This document shows, in pieces, positions 22,135 to 33,223 of a stretch of DNA of 64,000 nt (position 1 is the first letter of the stretch; the number at the start of each line of letters is the position of its first letter). Below the pieces are notes generated by a model. It was given only the letters and a program-made list of their open reading frames with translations, was not told the origin of the DNA and did not search any database. The position numbers and the translations under genes were made by a program. Where the stretch lies: sequence record SRR20825019_1335; one strand, 5' to 3'.

Positions 22135-22575
22135 TTATTTATAGGTGATAAAATTAAATGAGGGTGGAGTGATCCCTAAATTACGTAATTCTCTCGAGAT
22201 CTGTGCTCTATGGTAATTACTATGGTTCAAAATATGATATAGAATATCAATCACATCTTTCGTCATTTTTACACCTTCTTCACTGTGATAGTTTACTTTT
22301 TCACTGAGTTCAAGATGCTCTAAATAGTCAATTGTCTTTCGGTAATTGTCTTGGCACAAAGCAACCCAATAATCCATCGGCAAGAGATCCCAACTGTGTG
22401 ATTCACTTTTTTGGTCATTTATCCGAGCAATCCAAATGTGATGAACATTGATAATGTGGGAAAATGATTTTAAAATGTACGGATTCAACTGATCTTCGAA
22501 CTCACTGAGCGTTTCACACCATTTTTGATTACTGAAATAGTCGTACTCGAATTTATCCAAGAAAAACGATTTCAT
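22135..22575 (-). CDS. DinB family protein
   Basis: SHIINVHHIW and ILYHILNHSNYHRAQI His motifs. Confidence 0.88.
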   Translation of the reverse strand: MKSFFLDKFEYDYFSNQKWCETLSEFEDQLNPYILKSFSHIINVHHIWIARINDQKSESHSWDLLPMDYWVALCQDNYRKTIDYLEHLELSEKVNYHSEEGVKMTKDVIDILYHILNHSNYHRAQISRELRNLGITPPSFNFITYK

Positions 22576-22584
22576 ACTGAATGT

Positions 22585-23235
22585 TTAGAGCGACTTAAGA
22601 GCAGCAATTGTTTCCGTAGGATTTGATGATCCGAATACAAAACTTCCTGCAACGAGAACATTTGCGCCTGCTTTAACGAGTTGAGCACCAGTCTCCAAGT
22701 TTACACCGCCATCTACTTCCACTAATGCGCGAGATCCTTTCTTGTGAATCAAGTTTTGAGTTTGCTCTACTTTCAAACATGCGTCTGAGATAAATTTCTG
22801 TCCACCAAAACCTGGATTAACCGACATGATCAGCACTAAATCTAAATCTTCGATCACATGTTCCAATAAATCAACACACGTGTGAGGGTTCAAAGCAACT
22901 CCAGCCTTCATTCCATGCGACTTAATTAGTTGAATCGTCCTGTGAAGGTGCGTACATGCTTCGAAATGAACTGTAAGAATATCGGCTCCTGCTTTTGCAA
23001 ACTCTTCCACATATTGATCCGGATTTTGAATCATTAAATGAACATCAAGAGGCTTCGTTGCGTGCTTTTTAATCGCAGAAATCACAGGGAAACCAAAAGA
23101 AATATTTGGTACAAAAACGCCGTCCATTACATCTACATGAAACCAATCAGCAGTGGATGAATTGATCATTTCCACATCGCGTTGAAGGTTAGCGAAATCA
23201 CATGAAAGAACAGAGGGAGCAATAAGATGAGTCAT
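22585..23235 (-). CDS. rpe: ribulose-phosphate 3-epimerase
   Basis: IAPSVL, HVDVMDG, DVHLM, MSVNPGFGGQ, VDGGV. Confidence 0.98.
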   Translation of the reverse strand: MTHLIAPSVLSCDFANLQRDVEMINSSTADWFHVDVMDGVFVPNISFGFPVISAIKKHATKPLDVHLMIQNPDQYVEEFAKAGADILTVHFEACTHLHRTIQLIKSHGMKAGVALNPHTCVDLLEHVIEDLDLVLIMSVNPGFGGQKFISDACLKVEQTQNLIHKKGSRALVEVDGGVNLETGAQLVKAGANVLVAGSFVFGSSNPTETIAALKSL

Positions 23236-23270
23236 TTCCTTTTTTTCTACAAAACTATAGATAAATGCGT

Positions 23271-24845
23271 TTAGTTCCGCATAATTTTAAGGTATTCCTC
23301 GTCGCGACCATAAATATCGACGTGAATAATCATACTATTTTCTACACAGGTAACAGTTCTATATTCAATAAAGATTGGAATAGGATCAATAAGACGGATC
23401 ATGTAATTTTTTCCTCGAGCCATAATACTATCTAAGGAATCAGCAATAATCACGTTTTCCGTTGTTGGTAAGTAATCACGTTCGATAATTATTCGGGCTA
23501 AATCAACTGGATTTTGAGTTCTCATACAACCGTGTGAATAGGCACGAACATCTGCTCCAAAAAGGGATTTACTTGGAGTATCATGAAAATAAACACTGTG
23601 CGAATTAGGGAAGTCGAATTTAACAATTCCTAAACTGTTTGATTTCCCTGGATCTTGGACCACTTTATATGGAAAACCATCTTCTCGAATTTTACTCCAA
23701 TTAACCGTTAATGGATCTACAGGCTCACCTTTTCGGAAAATCTTGTAGTTGTGTTTGGCAAAGTAAGAAGCATTTTGTTTCGCTGCTGGGAGGATTTCTT
23801 TACTCGAAATAGAGTAGGGAACGTTCCAATAAGGATATGCCACAATTCTATTCAGTTTTGACGTGAGCTCTGGTGTCTGATTTTCATATTTACCCGCAAC
23901 GATATTATGTTCAGTTATGAGACTGTCATTCATGTAGAAACGCAGCTTATACTCAGGAATATTAATCCAAATACGTTTCTGCGGATAAGGTGCATGAGCA
24001 CGAATTTTTTCCATCGCGAGAATAATTCGATCTCGTTTATGCTTCGTGCTTTCATTCAGTGCAATTGCCGTGTACTTTCCAATCACGCCGTCAGGATTAA
24101 GTCCATTGTGAATTTGAAACACTTTCAAGGCCTCCATCAAGGCTAGTGAATCATTTTCAACAGTTAGATATCCTTTTGAAATTAATGCTTTCGTAGTTTC
24201 AGAAATGGCTTTAAGCGTATCCTTTTTTATTGTTTCCACATGAAAAGTTGAGGAATCCATGGAATACGTATCGTAAAGGTGAATCAGTCCTTTACCCAAA
24301 ACTTGGTAGGAAGTATCGGAAGATCCAAAAGCTAAAAATTGTTCTCTTAGATCGCTAGCATCGTTAAAATGGATGTATTGAGCTAATTCGCTGGCTGGAA
24401 CATTTGAGATTGGACGTTTTTCCTTTTTTTCGAAATCTATAGTCCCAACTTTGAGGTCTTTAACGATTCGAGAAAGAAAAAGCGTGTTTAATAATTCGGC
24501 TTGAACGAAATTCGTTCCTTTTGTTCGTTGGTTTCTTCCTTCTGGAATTCCGAGCCTTTCTGGAGTTTCCAAAAGAGCGGCCAGTTTTGTTCCCATTTCA
24601 GTCAACATGCTATCGTTCATCCAAACAGGTTGGTGTTTCTGACTAGCATAAAAACTATTCAAATAACGATGATCTTCTTCCGTTAATCCCAATTCCAATA
24701 CATACTCCAGCTCCAATGCCTTTTTAAGTTTTTCAGAGCTGCTTAAATCACTGATTTCAAAAGGTATATCTTCTCCCGAATCATTTGAAGATGAACATGC
24801 GTAAATAAAAAAAAGGGGAACTAGCAAATAGGGTAGTAATTTCAT
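23271..24845 (-). CDS. L,D-transpeptidase (YcbB-like) lipoprotein
   Basis: Lipobox IYAC, PG-binding FQIHNGLNPDGVIG, YkuD motifs VYFHDTP and SHGCMR. Confidence 0.92.
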   Translation of the reverse strand: MKLLPYLLVPLFFIYACSSSNDSGEDIPFEISDLSSSEKLKKALELEYVLELGLTEEDHRYLNSFYASQKHQPVWMNDSMLTEMGTKLAALLETPERLGIPEGRNQRTKGTNFVQAELLNTLFLSRIVKDLKVGTIDFEKKEKRPISNVPASELAQYIHFNDASDLREQFLAFGSSDTSYQVLGKGLIHLYDTYSMDSSTFHVETIKKDTLKAISETTKALISKGYLTVENDSLALMEALKVFQIHNGLNPDGVIGKYTAIALNESTKHKRDRIILAMEKIRAHAPYPQKRIWINIPEYKLRFYMNDSLITEHNIVAGKYENQTPELTSKLNRIVAYPYWNVPYSISSKEILPAAKQNASYFAKHNYKIFRKGEPVDPLTVNWSKIREDGFPYKVVQDPGKSNSLGIVKFDFPNSHSVYFHDTPSKSLFGADVRAYSHGCMRTQNPVDLARIIIERDYLPTTENVIIADSLDSIMARGKNYMIRLIDPIPIFIEYRTVTCVENSMIIHVDIYGRDEEYLKIMRN

Positions 24846-24907
24846 AGGTTTACTCTTTCAATAAATGATTACTTTCGTACAAACCGCGACAAATTTAGTT
24901 CAATTTA

Positions 24908-25570
24908 ATGACGTTTAATATCCTCATCCTTATAATTCTAGTAACTGTAGGCGTTTCTTTGAAAGCCTTCAATGATCGTGCCTTTATGGATCGATTCATG
25001 TTTATTCCTTATATAAGTAAGGGTGAAGGTCAAAAATACCGTTTTTTATCTCATACATTAATCCATGCAGATTGGGGACATTTAATCTTCAATATGATGT
25101 CACTATATTTCTTAGGTGATTTATTATTGAATGGGCAGAAGTATCGATACATGGGCGAAATCCTTCCCGTTGGAGATGGAATGGTTCATCAGTATGGAGA
25201 AATTGTTGGTCAGGCTCATTTCATTGCTATTTATGTACTTGGCGGCTTATTCGCAACGATGTGGCCATTTATGCGTAATAAGGACAATCCTTCGTATCGT
25301 TCACTTGGAGCATCGGGTGCTGTTTCGGCTGTTATTTTTGCCGCGGTAATTTGGAATCCAAGCGTGGAACTAGGGATACTATTTATTCCAATTGGAATTC
25401 CTGCTTACATTTTTGGACCGCTCTACCTAGCGTATGAATTTTTCGCGCACAAACGGGGAGGAACAGGTATTGCGCATGATGCACACATTGGAGGAGCCGT
25501 TTTTGGGGTACTTTATGTTTTAATTATTAATATTGATAAAGGAAAATCATTCATCGGCTATTTCTTCTAA
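24908..25570 (+). CDS. rhomboid intramembrane serine protease
   Basis: HADWGHLIFNM, GASGAV, AHIGGA. Confidence 0.93.
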   Translation: MTFNILILIILVTVGVSLKAFNDRAFMDRFMFIPYISKGEGQKYRFLSHTLIHADWGHLIFNMMSLYFLGDLLLNGQKYRYMGEILPVGDGMVHQYGEIVGQAHFIAIYVLGGLFATMWPFMRNKDNPSYRSLGASGAVSAVIFAAVIWNPSVELGILFIPIGIPAYIFGPLYLAYEFFAHKRGGTGIAHDAHIGGAVFGVLYVLIINIDKGKSFIGYFF

Positions 25571-26425
25571 ATGACTCTATACGTAAATAATAATGGACAA
25601 GTGCTTACTAGTGAAGATTTCACTATAAAAGCAGGAAACCGTGCCTATCTTTATGGCGATGGTGTATTCGAGACTGTACGGATTTTTAGTGGTAAACCGA
25701 TCAATCTCGAAAATCACGTTAAACGAATGCTGGAGGGAGCAAAGCGAATTAAAATGCGTCCGCCGAGTTATTTTGATGTCGATTTTTTTGAACAGAAAAT
25801 TAATGAACTTCTTGAGAAAACAGGAATTACGGAAGGTGGAAGATGTAGAATTTCACTAGATCGCGTGATGGGCGGAACGTATTTACCTGAAGCGAATGAA
25901 GTTGAGTTTTATATAGAGGTTTATCCATTGGAGCGCAATCTTTTTGAGATGAATGCGAAAGGAATTGAAGTGGATATTTACCTTGATCAGAAGAAAAAGA
26001 AAGAACCACTCTCGAATTTTAAAACAAAAAATGGACTGTTGTATGTGCTTGCAGCAATTACAGCTAAAGAAAAGGGGCTTGGGGATTATTTAATTACAAA
26101 CTATGAGGGAGGGATTTTGGAATCAACTTCTTCGAATTTATTTGTGGTTAGTAACGGTGTTTTATACACACCTGGACTGGAAGAGGGCTGCCTCGCAGGA
26201 ACTATGAGAATGCAGATTATTAATATTGCATTAAAGGCTGGAATTAAAGTATACGAGTGCAATATTTTGCCTCAGAATTTACTGGTTGCAGATGAGATAT
26301 TCTTAACGAATGCTATTAGCGGAATAAAATGGGTAAGTGGTTACAGAACCAAGCGCTATTTTAATAATGTTTCTCGAAAATTGATTTCGCTACTGAACGA
26401 TAGTTGGGAAGGGGAAGAAGCATAA
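25571..26425 (+). CDS. class IV PLP enzyme (aminodeoxychorismate lyase/branched-chain aminotransferase-like)
   Basis: YGDGVFET, FKT, ESTSSNLF, CLAGTMR, DEIFLTNA. Confidence 0.88.
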   Translation: MTLYVNNNGQVLTSEDFTIKAGNRAYLYGDGVFETVRIFSGKPINLENHVKRMLEGAKRIKMRPPSYFDVDFFEQKINELLEKTGITEGGRCRISLDRVMGGTYLPEANEVEFYIEVYPLERNLFEMNAKGIEVDIYLDQKKKKEPLSNFKTKNGLLYVLAAITAKEKGLGDYLITNYEGGILESTSSNLFVVSNGVLYTPGLEEGCLAGTMRMQIINIALKAGIKVYECNILPQNLLVADEIFLTNAISGIKWVSGYRTKRYFNNVSRKLISLLNDSWEGEEA

Positions 26426-26623
26426 TCATTCATTGATTACGAGGGAATATTCAATAAATTGACACCCTTGATAATTTACAAGCCTTTTTAGTTTGGAGAT
26501 CAAAACTATTATCTAAATTCGAAGAATTAATCGAACTCAAGGCGCTTGTCGCTTCAACAATATTCGCTAAGTCAATCTTTCAATTACTGGTGAATTTTAA
26601 GGGATCCAGTAGGGTTCCTTTTT

Positions 26624-27022
26624 TCATTTCCCCTCAATATAACTAGTAATAAGTTCCCGTTGATCGCGTAAGCGTTCTGCAGTCATCTGATGAATCCGTT
26701 TGTTTAAACTACTGGAAAATTCAGTGTAGCGATCAAACTCTTCTATTGTAAATTGCCCAATTATCATCCCAATGATCTTGTTTTTCAAGTTTTGATTGCC
26801 TTGGAGACAAGAAGTGATCGCATCATTTTGCTTTTTAACAGTTAATTGCTGGAATTCCAACTTGGTGCTTATGAAGTAGTCTGCCAAAAAATTCGCGAGA
26901 AGATCATTCTGCATTTTCAAAATTGGACGAAGCGTTTCACTCTGAAAACGTTCTTCACTGGTCATGTTTTCGAGGTGCTCAATCGTCGCTATTTCAGGTC
27001 TTAATTTTAAACGTTCGTTCAT
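26624..27022 (-). CDS. conserved Bacteroidota hypothetical protein (often annotated glyoxalase)
   Basis: EERFQSETLRPILKMQN and GMIIGQFTIEE...NKRI motifs. Confidence 0.65.
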   Translation of the reverse strand: MNERLKLRPEIATIEHLENMTSEERFQSETLRPILKMQNDLLANFLADYFISTKLEFQQLTVKKQNDAITSCLQGNQNLKNKIIGMIIGQFTIEEFDRYTEFSSSLNKRIHQMTAERLRDQRELITSYIEGK

Positions 27023-27145
27023 GTCGACAAAGTAACGTTTTTCAGTGTATTTCTCAGCATGGAATAAGTGATTTTTCGTGAACTCTCGAATGCGTCATTA
27101 CACGAAAACAGGGGAGAAGAGAACCGTTTACGATTTTAATAAAAC

Positions 27146-27177
27146 AAAAATGGGCCACTCAATAAGCGACCCATTTT
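27146..27177 (-). terminator. intrinsic terminator after the M43 protease gene
   Basis: AAAATGGG...CCCATTTT stem with T run on the minus strand. Confidence 0.55.
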
Positions 27178-27196
27178 CTGTTTTAAACCATTTGGT

Positions 27197-30100
27197 TTAT
27201 TCAATTGCCAATCGTCTAGTAACGATTCTTTCATTCATTTGAATTTCAACGATAATGATTCCAGTTGCCAAGTATTTAGGCAGTTGAACATTGAATTCGT
27301 TTGTTTGCTCATTCAACTCATGAGTTTCAGTTCCAATCACTTTTCCATCCAACGTTCTGAGTGTCACAATTACTTCCTCAGATGAAAAGTCACTGATTTT
27401 AACTTGGAATTGATCGCTCGCTGGGTTTGGATAAAGTGTTACATTCAGATCTTCTTGAATTGCAGTTGACTCTATAACACTTCTACCATTGAATGGATAA
27501 CAGTCTGTAGTAAAGAATGATTCACAATATTCTTCTTTACAATACACTCCGTTAGCTTCTCCAGTAACTACAACACAAATGTCATAGTTTTGGTTTACGT
27601 TAAATTCAAAAATGAAGTTCTGACCTGTAGATATAAGTCCGCCATTCACATACCACTCAATGTTTTGAACATTTGCGCAAGGTGATCCGGATAAAGCATT
27701 AAACAGATATTTGCATGTTCCAATTTGAGTCAAGGTAAATGATGGTTTCAATTTACAATCACACTCTGTCTTGCACTCAACGTCAATTTTTTCGCAGTAT
27801 TTCTCTTCACAAAGAATTTCTCCTTTTTCGTTTCTAATGATCACATGAAGGCAAACTTCGTAAGTTCCTGTTGAACTATATGCATGACCTGGGAATTGTC
27901 CCATTGAAGTTGTTCCGTCTCCGAAATCCCAATAGTATTCTGCAAATTCAAGACATTCTGGACCTCCAGTGTATCCTTCGAACGAATAGAAGCATGTTTC
28001 TCTATCCACTGAATATTTAAACGCAGGTCTCAATTTACAATCACAAGGTGGATCACATTTCTGTTTTACAGATTTACAAACTGTTTCAGAACAAACCTCG
28101 CCTAAATTGTTTGATGTAGCTGTTAAACATACTGTGTAAGTTCCAGAAGCAGGGAATGTATACGTTACATTTTGACCTGTTAAAATCACACCGTTCATGT
28201 TCCATGAGTAGCTTACATTTTGCCAGCATGGACTTCCAGTACTTGCTGCACTGAAGGATATTTTACACTTGACCTCATCAACTGTATAAGTGAAGCTAGG
28301 TGCAAGATCACAAGGACAAATAATTTGAGCGCAAGAGTCAATTACTGTAATCGTATTTGTTGCTGTACATCCCGTAACATTGTCCGTTATCGTTGCAGTA
28401 ACCGTACCTGGTAGTGTTGTCCATATAACGTTGACATCAGGTTGGTTGTTCAACCCAGCGATTCCACCACCACTTACAGACCAAACGATGCTTTGTCCAG
28501 GTTGTAAATTAGAAGCGTAATTTCCAGTACTGCTTGTTGATAAACAGATATATTGAGAACCACCGATTGAGGCATCAACGCCAATTTCTACAACTTTTGT
28601 GAATGTTACTCCACCCCCTGAAACAGTAACTGTGTAAGTTCCACCACTTGAAAAAATATGAGTTGGAGAAGCTAATGTTGAAGTGTTGTTTGCACCAGAA
28701 GCTGGATCACCAAAATTCCATGTTACGCCAGCAGCGCAGATATCAGAACCGAATGCATACTCCAAACAGCTAATTCGCGTCACTGAAATCGAGTCAGAGA
28801 ATAATGAATTCCAATCTGCTTCAATAAAATTTGGTAAACTTCTGCCTAACGGGGCTTGCATTGTAGGTCCCGTAGCTGAGTACACACATTCATTAGAAGT
28901 TGGACTCGTAATTCGCTCATTTGGCAAGTGTATTACTCGGAATTGCGTGGTCGATGGTGCCGTTATGTACAGTTTATCATCTGGACCAAGTTGCATCTCG
29001 CACGTCGAAATATTGGTATTTGTAACCATTATTTCCGATGATGAAGGTACAGGAGCGGTTAAGTCATACTGATAAAGTCTTTGTGATCCCCAACCGCTTG
29101 AATAGAATAGTGTTTCGTCAGGACTAAACGACATTCCGTAGGTTTCACGATTGTTTACAAGAACTTGATTCGAAATTGCTCCAGTATAAGTATCGAAATC
29201 AAACACGGCTAAACCTTTTGTTTCGGCAGAGCCATTTGTTCCTGATCCCATCGCTAATCGGGTTCCACTGCGTGAGATTTCAAAAGTCTGCTGCGTTGTA
29301 TTGAATGGAGAGAGCGTTTCAGAGAAAAAGCTAAGTCCAGAAGATGTAAGACTGAACGTTGTGATATAGTAGTTTGTACCTTTTTTACCAGTAGTTAAAA
29401 CCCAATAACCATCACAATTTTTAATAGCCGTAATACCTTCACCTCCAAGCATAGCAGATGCATACGTATCATAACCCAAAACTGATGGTGGAGCAATTGG
29501 AACGTTCCATGTAGCAGTCATTGTGGCTACTCCTCCTGAAATAAGCACGATACTGTATCTAAATCCGTTGCTATCCGGTACGGTCGTTGTAAACCCTGGT
29601 CCCCAAAATCCTTGATCTTTTGTGAAGATATAGTATTGGTTGCTATTGGCTGGATCAGGAACGATCTGAACTCCTCTGTGTGAGGATTGATTGGACATTA
29701 GGGGATTTGATGGGTTTATTGATGAATGACTGGCATTCCAAACATTAATTCCGTTCGTGTAAAACAATAAATTTCCTGAGTTGTCGGCTTGTACGGCACA
29801 CGCTTCGTCCATTGAGTTATTGTTGATGTAAGAGCTGTTTTCGTAGACAGGAACGCCTGAACTGAAGTCTAAGCCGCCACGTTGTCCAAAATACCAAAGT
29901 CCTTGAGAACTGTTTATCTCATTACACGTTTCAACAAAAATAGATTGAGTAGAAGAAGCCGAGTTGATTCCGTCACTTATCGTTAATACAACATTCGCTG
30001 GTGAGTAGTTTGTGGTGTATGTATGAGAAACTACTGAACCTGTTGCGGTTGATCCATCACCAAAATCCCACGAATACGTTAATCCAGGAGAAGTGATTGC

Positions 30101-31246
30101 TGCGAATGTTATCGATCCTCCAGTACAGATACTGTTATCGCTTGCGGTAAAGCCAGGTAAGAGACCTCCATTACAGTTAATTCCTGTATACACCAGGTTT
30201 GATGTGCTCACCAAGTTGGCGCGATATAGATTAATGGCAGCAAACATTCGATTGTTCTGTCCATTTGTAAATCCATTCATGCAGCTTTCTGAAATGTAAT
30301 CCATGTAGTTGTTTACATCATCTGGTAAGTCAGGAGTTTCACTACAAGTATTCCATGATGGAGAAGGGCAACCGTTATTCGGACTGCTTACTGGTGGAGT
30401 ATCACATACACGATCTCCTTCCATTGAACACGTTCCAGCGTTCATTCCTTGGCAACCATTGTGAAATGTGTGATAAAGCCCTAAATAGTGACCAACTTCG
30501 TGTACCAAAATACGTCCAAGTTGACTATATGGTTCTAATGTTGTACATGAACAAGAAGCGATATCACCAAATGCATCGTGAGACATTACAATTCCGTCCA
30601 TTGAAGGTTGTGCAAATTCAGGCAACATTGAATACCCCAAGATCTTTTGACCTGGAGGAAGTGTATTTGAGGTAATTCCGTTTACCACCCAAATTTTCAG
30701 GTAATTACTTGCTGAAAGTGTACTTGAAATCGCTGTAAGTGCCGCTTGTTGCGATACATTGTGATTAGAAAGCGTTGGGTTATAGTAATGAAAAATCCCT
30801 GGCGTGCTAGACGTTATTCCGGATGGAGTAGAGATGTTCACTAAGTCTTGCGATCCTTGCTTGGTAGCAAGACAAAATTGGAGTCCATATCCACCAAAAT
30901 AAGTGTTAAGTGCATCAATTTGACTTGTAACTTGAATATCCGTTATATTCTCAGGTCCATTTTGATGAACTACATAAACGACTACGGGTATTATTAAATT
31001 ACCATTTACAGACTTCGGAGATCCAGCAGGGTTGGAAGATTCTCCCTTTATATATTTATCAATTGTTCGATCCATTTCGTCCAATCTATTTTGGACCAGT
31101 GGATTCTTCTTGATTTGTTCGAACAGTAATTCATCCGAATAGCATTGGGTCACGTTTTCTTTTGAAATTTTTTGCCCTATTGACAAAAAATGAAACGCTG
31201 TGAATAAGAGGGTTAGAGATAGATAACTCCATCTGGGTACTTTCAT
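27197..31246 (-). CDS. T9SS-secreted M43 (pappalysin-like) zinc metalloprotease with beta-propeller and PKD domains
   Basis: HEVGHYLGLYH, NYMDY Met-turn, WDFGDG PKD motifs, QLGPDDKLY propeller, three Cys-rich PKD repeats, type A CTD LYPNPA. Confidence 0.9.
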   Translation of the reverse strand: MKVPRWSYLSLTLLFTAFHFLSIGQKISKENVTQCYSDELLFEQIKKNPLVQNRLDEMDRTIDKYIKGESSNPAGSPKSVNGNLIIPVVVYVVHQNGPENITDIQVTSQIDALNTYFGGYGLQFCLATKQGSQDLVNISTPSGITSSTPGIFHYYNPTLSNHNVSQQAALTAISSTLSASNYLKIWVVNGITSNTLPPGQKILGYSMLPEFAQPSMDGIVMSHDAFGDIASCSCTTLEPYSQLGRILVHEVGHYLGLYHTFHNGCQGMNAGTCSMEGDRVCDTPPVSSPNNGCPSPSWNTCSETPDLPDDVNNYMDYISESCMNGFTNGQNNRMFAAINLYRANLVSTSNLVYTGINCNGGLLPGFTASDNSICTGGSITFAAITSPGLTYSWDFGDGSTATGSVVSHTYTTNYSPANVVLTISDGINSASSTQSIFVETCNEINSSQGLWYFGQRGGLDFSSGVPVYENSSYINNNSMDEACAVQADNSGNLLFYTNGINVWNASHSSINPSNPLMSNQSSHRGVQIVPDPANSNQYYIFTKDQGFWGPGFTTTVPDSNGFRYSIVLISGGVATMTATWNVPIAPPSVLGYDTYASAMLGGEGITAIKNCDGYWVLTTGKKGTNYYITTFSLTSSGLSFFSETLSPFNTTQQTFEISRSGTRLAMGSGTNGSAETKGLAVFDFDTYTGAISNQVLVNNRETYGMSFSPDETLFYSSGWGSQRLYQYDLTAPVPSSSEIMVTNTNISTCEMQLGPDDKLYITAPSTTQFRVIHLPNERITSPTSNECVYSATGPTMQAPLGRSLPNFIEADWNSLFSDSISVTRISCLEYAFGSDICAAGVTWNFGDPASGANNTSTLASPTHIFSSGGTYTVTVSGGGVTFTKVVEIGVDASIGGSQYICLSTSSTGNYASNLQPGQSIVWSVSGGGIAGLNNQPDVNVIWTTLPGTVTATITDNVTGCTATNTITVIDSCAQIICPCDLAPSFTYTVDEVKCKISFSAASTGSPCWQNVSYSWNMNGVILTGQNVTYTFPASGTYTVCLTATSNNLGEVCSETVCKSVKQKCDPPCDCKLRPAFKYSVDRETCFYSFEGYTGGPECLEFAEYYWDFGDGTTSMGQFPGHAYSSTGTYEVCLHVIIRNEKGEILCEEKYCEKIDVECKTECDCKLKPSFTLTQIGTCKYLFNALSGSPCANVQNIEWYVNGGLISTGQNFIFEFNVNQNYDICVVVTGEANGVYCKEEYCESFFTTDCYPFNGRSVIESTAIQEDLNVTLYPNPASDQFQVKISDFSSEEVIVTLRTLDGKVIGTETHELNEQTNEFNVQLPKYLATGIIIVEIQMNERIVTRRLAIE

Positions 31247-31365
31247 AGGGTTCGGTTTTTAAGTTAAAATGAAATCCTAAATTAATAAGATTTTTCAGAT
31301 AAAATTGAGTTCGTAGAATAAGATTCCATTAAATATCATTATTCTACGAACCTTATGCTAAATCC

Positions 31366-31863
31366 TTATAGGACTGCTATTGCTGCCTCGTAATTTGGCT
31401 CGTTAGCTATTTCTGGAACTAGTTCTGTATGGATTACTTTTCCTTCTGGATTAAGAACAACAATTGCACGTGCATGCAGTGAAGTGAAAGGACCATCGGC
31501 CAATTCTATACCGTAAGCTTTTCCAAAATCTCCGTTACTAAAATCGGAAGCGGTAATTACATTTTCAATTCCTTCAGCTCCACAAAAGCGTTTTTGAGCG
31601 AAAGGTAAATCACGCGAAACACATACGACTTGCGTGTTTGGTAACTCACTTACTCGCTTATTGAACGTTCTAACAGATGTTGCACACGTATTTGTGTCTA
31701 CGCTAGGAAAAATGTTGAGGATCACATTGCTTCCCATTAAATCTGCCAAGTTAAGTGGAGATAAATCATTTTTTTTAAGTGAGAAATTAGGTGCTACTGT
31801 ACCTATTTCTGGAAGTTCACCAACTGTTTTGCAAGGTGTTCCTCCGAGTGTTACATTTGCCAT
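31366..31863 (-). CDS. tpx: thiol peroxidase
   Basis: FPSVDTNTCA, SRDLPFAQKRFCGAEG, ELVPEIANEP. Confidence 0.97.
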   Translation of the reverse strand: MANVTLGGTPCKTVGELPEIGTVAPNFSLKKNDLSPLNLADLMGSNVILNIFPSVDTNTCATSVRTFNKRVSELPNTQVVCVSRDLPFAQKRFCGAEGIENVITASDFSNGDFGKAYGIELADGPFTSLHARAIVVLNPEGKVIHTELVPEIANEPNYEAAIAVL

Positions 31864-31984
31864 TGTTCTGGATTTATTTTTTTGAGCAGTTAAGATAAGT
31901 AAATCTCTACCAATTTTGATCTAAGAAGTAATACTTTCGTTGAAGAAGTGACAATAATTATTTATAGAGAAATTATTAAGTCAC

Positions 31985-32203
31985 TTAGTTCTCCAGTTCT
32001 TCGCAAGAATAGCCAAATTGACCGATCAGTGATGCTACTTCGTGTTCTTCTAACGTTTCTTTGGCTTCTATTCGAAGCACTTTGTCAATGTCTTCTGTAT
32101 CTACAGACCATTTGATAATCCCTGAGTGTTCGTTGAATAGCGGTTCAAGCTTCTTCACTTTTTTCTTCGAGGGAATGTTCGTTTTTACTATAATCAGTTT
32201 CAT
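31985..32203 (-). CDS. small HMA-fold-like protein
   Basis: KTNI...WSVDTEDIDKVLRI...GYSCEEL pattern; last gene of the ECF operon. Confidence 0.7.
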   Translation of the reverse strand: MKLIIVKTNIPSKKKVKKLEPLFNEHSGIIKWSVDTEDIDKVLRIEAKETLEEHEVASLIGQFGYSCEELEN

Positions 32204-32205
32204 AA

Positions 32206-32634
32206 CTATTCATCGTTTTTATTGATGTCAATAACATCAGATGATTTTTTCTTTGATTCGAGTTCTTCTACATATTTGGTATAGGCTTCGTCTCCTTTTT
32301 CTTCCCAGAATTGATCATAATGATCCCATTTAGAGAAGTCTGTGCGCTTTTTCTTTGGGTCATTGCATTCGTTATGATGCTTTTTATGATGAGAAGATCC
32401 CCGTCCACCGCTGCATCCTAGAAGGATTTTGGAAAGAATAAATAAACCAACAGCCTGCCAATAAGTAAGCATAGGTAATCCAAATAATTCTGGCATCAGC
32501 GTATTCCAAAGCCACATGATTAAGAAGCCGAAAAGAATTGCAAGTCCCGTAATTGCAACTATTCCAAATAATACCATTGCTACAATAGTTCCTGGACTTT
32601 TACCGCGCATTTTGTGTTTAAAATAATGTTTCAT
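32206..32634 (-). CDS. membrane protein (two TM segments)
   Basis: MWLWNTLMPELFGLPMLTYWQAVGLFILSKIL motif; His/Cys-containing tail. Confidence 0.8.
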   Translation of the reverse strand: MKHYFKHKMRGKSPGTIVAMVLFGIVAITGLAILFGFLIMWLWNTLMPELFGLPMLTYWQAVGLFILSKILLGCSGGRGSSHHKKHHNECNDPKKKRTDFSKWDHYDQFWEEKGDEAYTKYVEELESKKKSSDVIDINKNDE

Positions 32635-32645
32635 GATTTCCTTGT

Positions 32646-33188
32646 TTAATTATGTGTTTCTTTTTTTTGCTTTAATTCTAAATGTAGTTGAGCCATTGCT
32701 CGGTGTCGACGTGACATAAGTGTTCCTTCTGGGATTCCAGTTTCCAATGCTATTTCTTTGTAGGAGTAACCTTCAAAATCAACGGCAATAATGATGTCAC
32801 GGTATTGCGTTTTAAGGAGTAAAATCGCTTGTTTCAATTCTTCCATCATTTCCTCGGAATATGAATTGTCTGATTTACCATAAAGTAACTCTGCGAAATC
32901 GAGCAATTTGAGCTCATTTTCATCAGTTTCTTTTCCCTTCGAGCTACCGCTTCGCATCACGTCAATGATCTTGTTTTTAACGGAGTGATATACGAATCCA
33001 GCGACGTTTGAAATGGGTGAGTATCGATCCGCACCCGAAAACAGTTTTAATGCAACATCTTGAATGATATCTTCAGGATCCCTGTCCACCCCAGATTTGA
33101 TTCGAGCATTCACGTACGCCTTGAGCGAGTGATATTCCCTATCAAAAAAAGATTCCAGTTTCTTCTTATTTTCCGTATTGGAAGTCAT
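32646..33188 (-). CDS. ECF-type RNA polymerase sigma factor
   Basis: Region 2 EDIIQDV...NKIIDVMR; region 4 FEGYSYKEIA...GTLMSRRHRA. Confidence 0.92.
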   Translation of the reverse strand: MTSNTENKKKLESFFDREYHSLKAYVNARIKSGVDRDPEDIIQDVALKLFSGADRYSPISNVAGFVYHSVKNKIIDVMRSGSSKGKETDENELKLLDFAELLYGKSDNSYSEEMMEELKQAILLLKTQYRDIIIAVDFEGYSYKEIALETGIPEGTLMSRRHRAMAQLHLELKQKKETHN

Positions 33189-33223
33189 TCAATTAGTTCA
33201 TTTATCAATTCCTTCAACTATAA

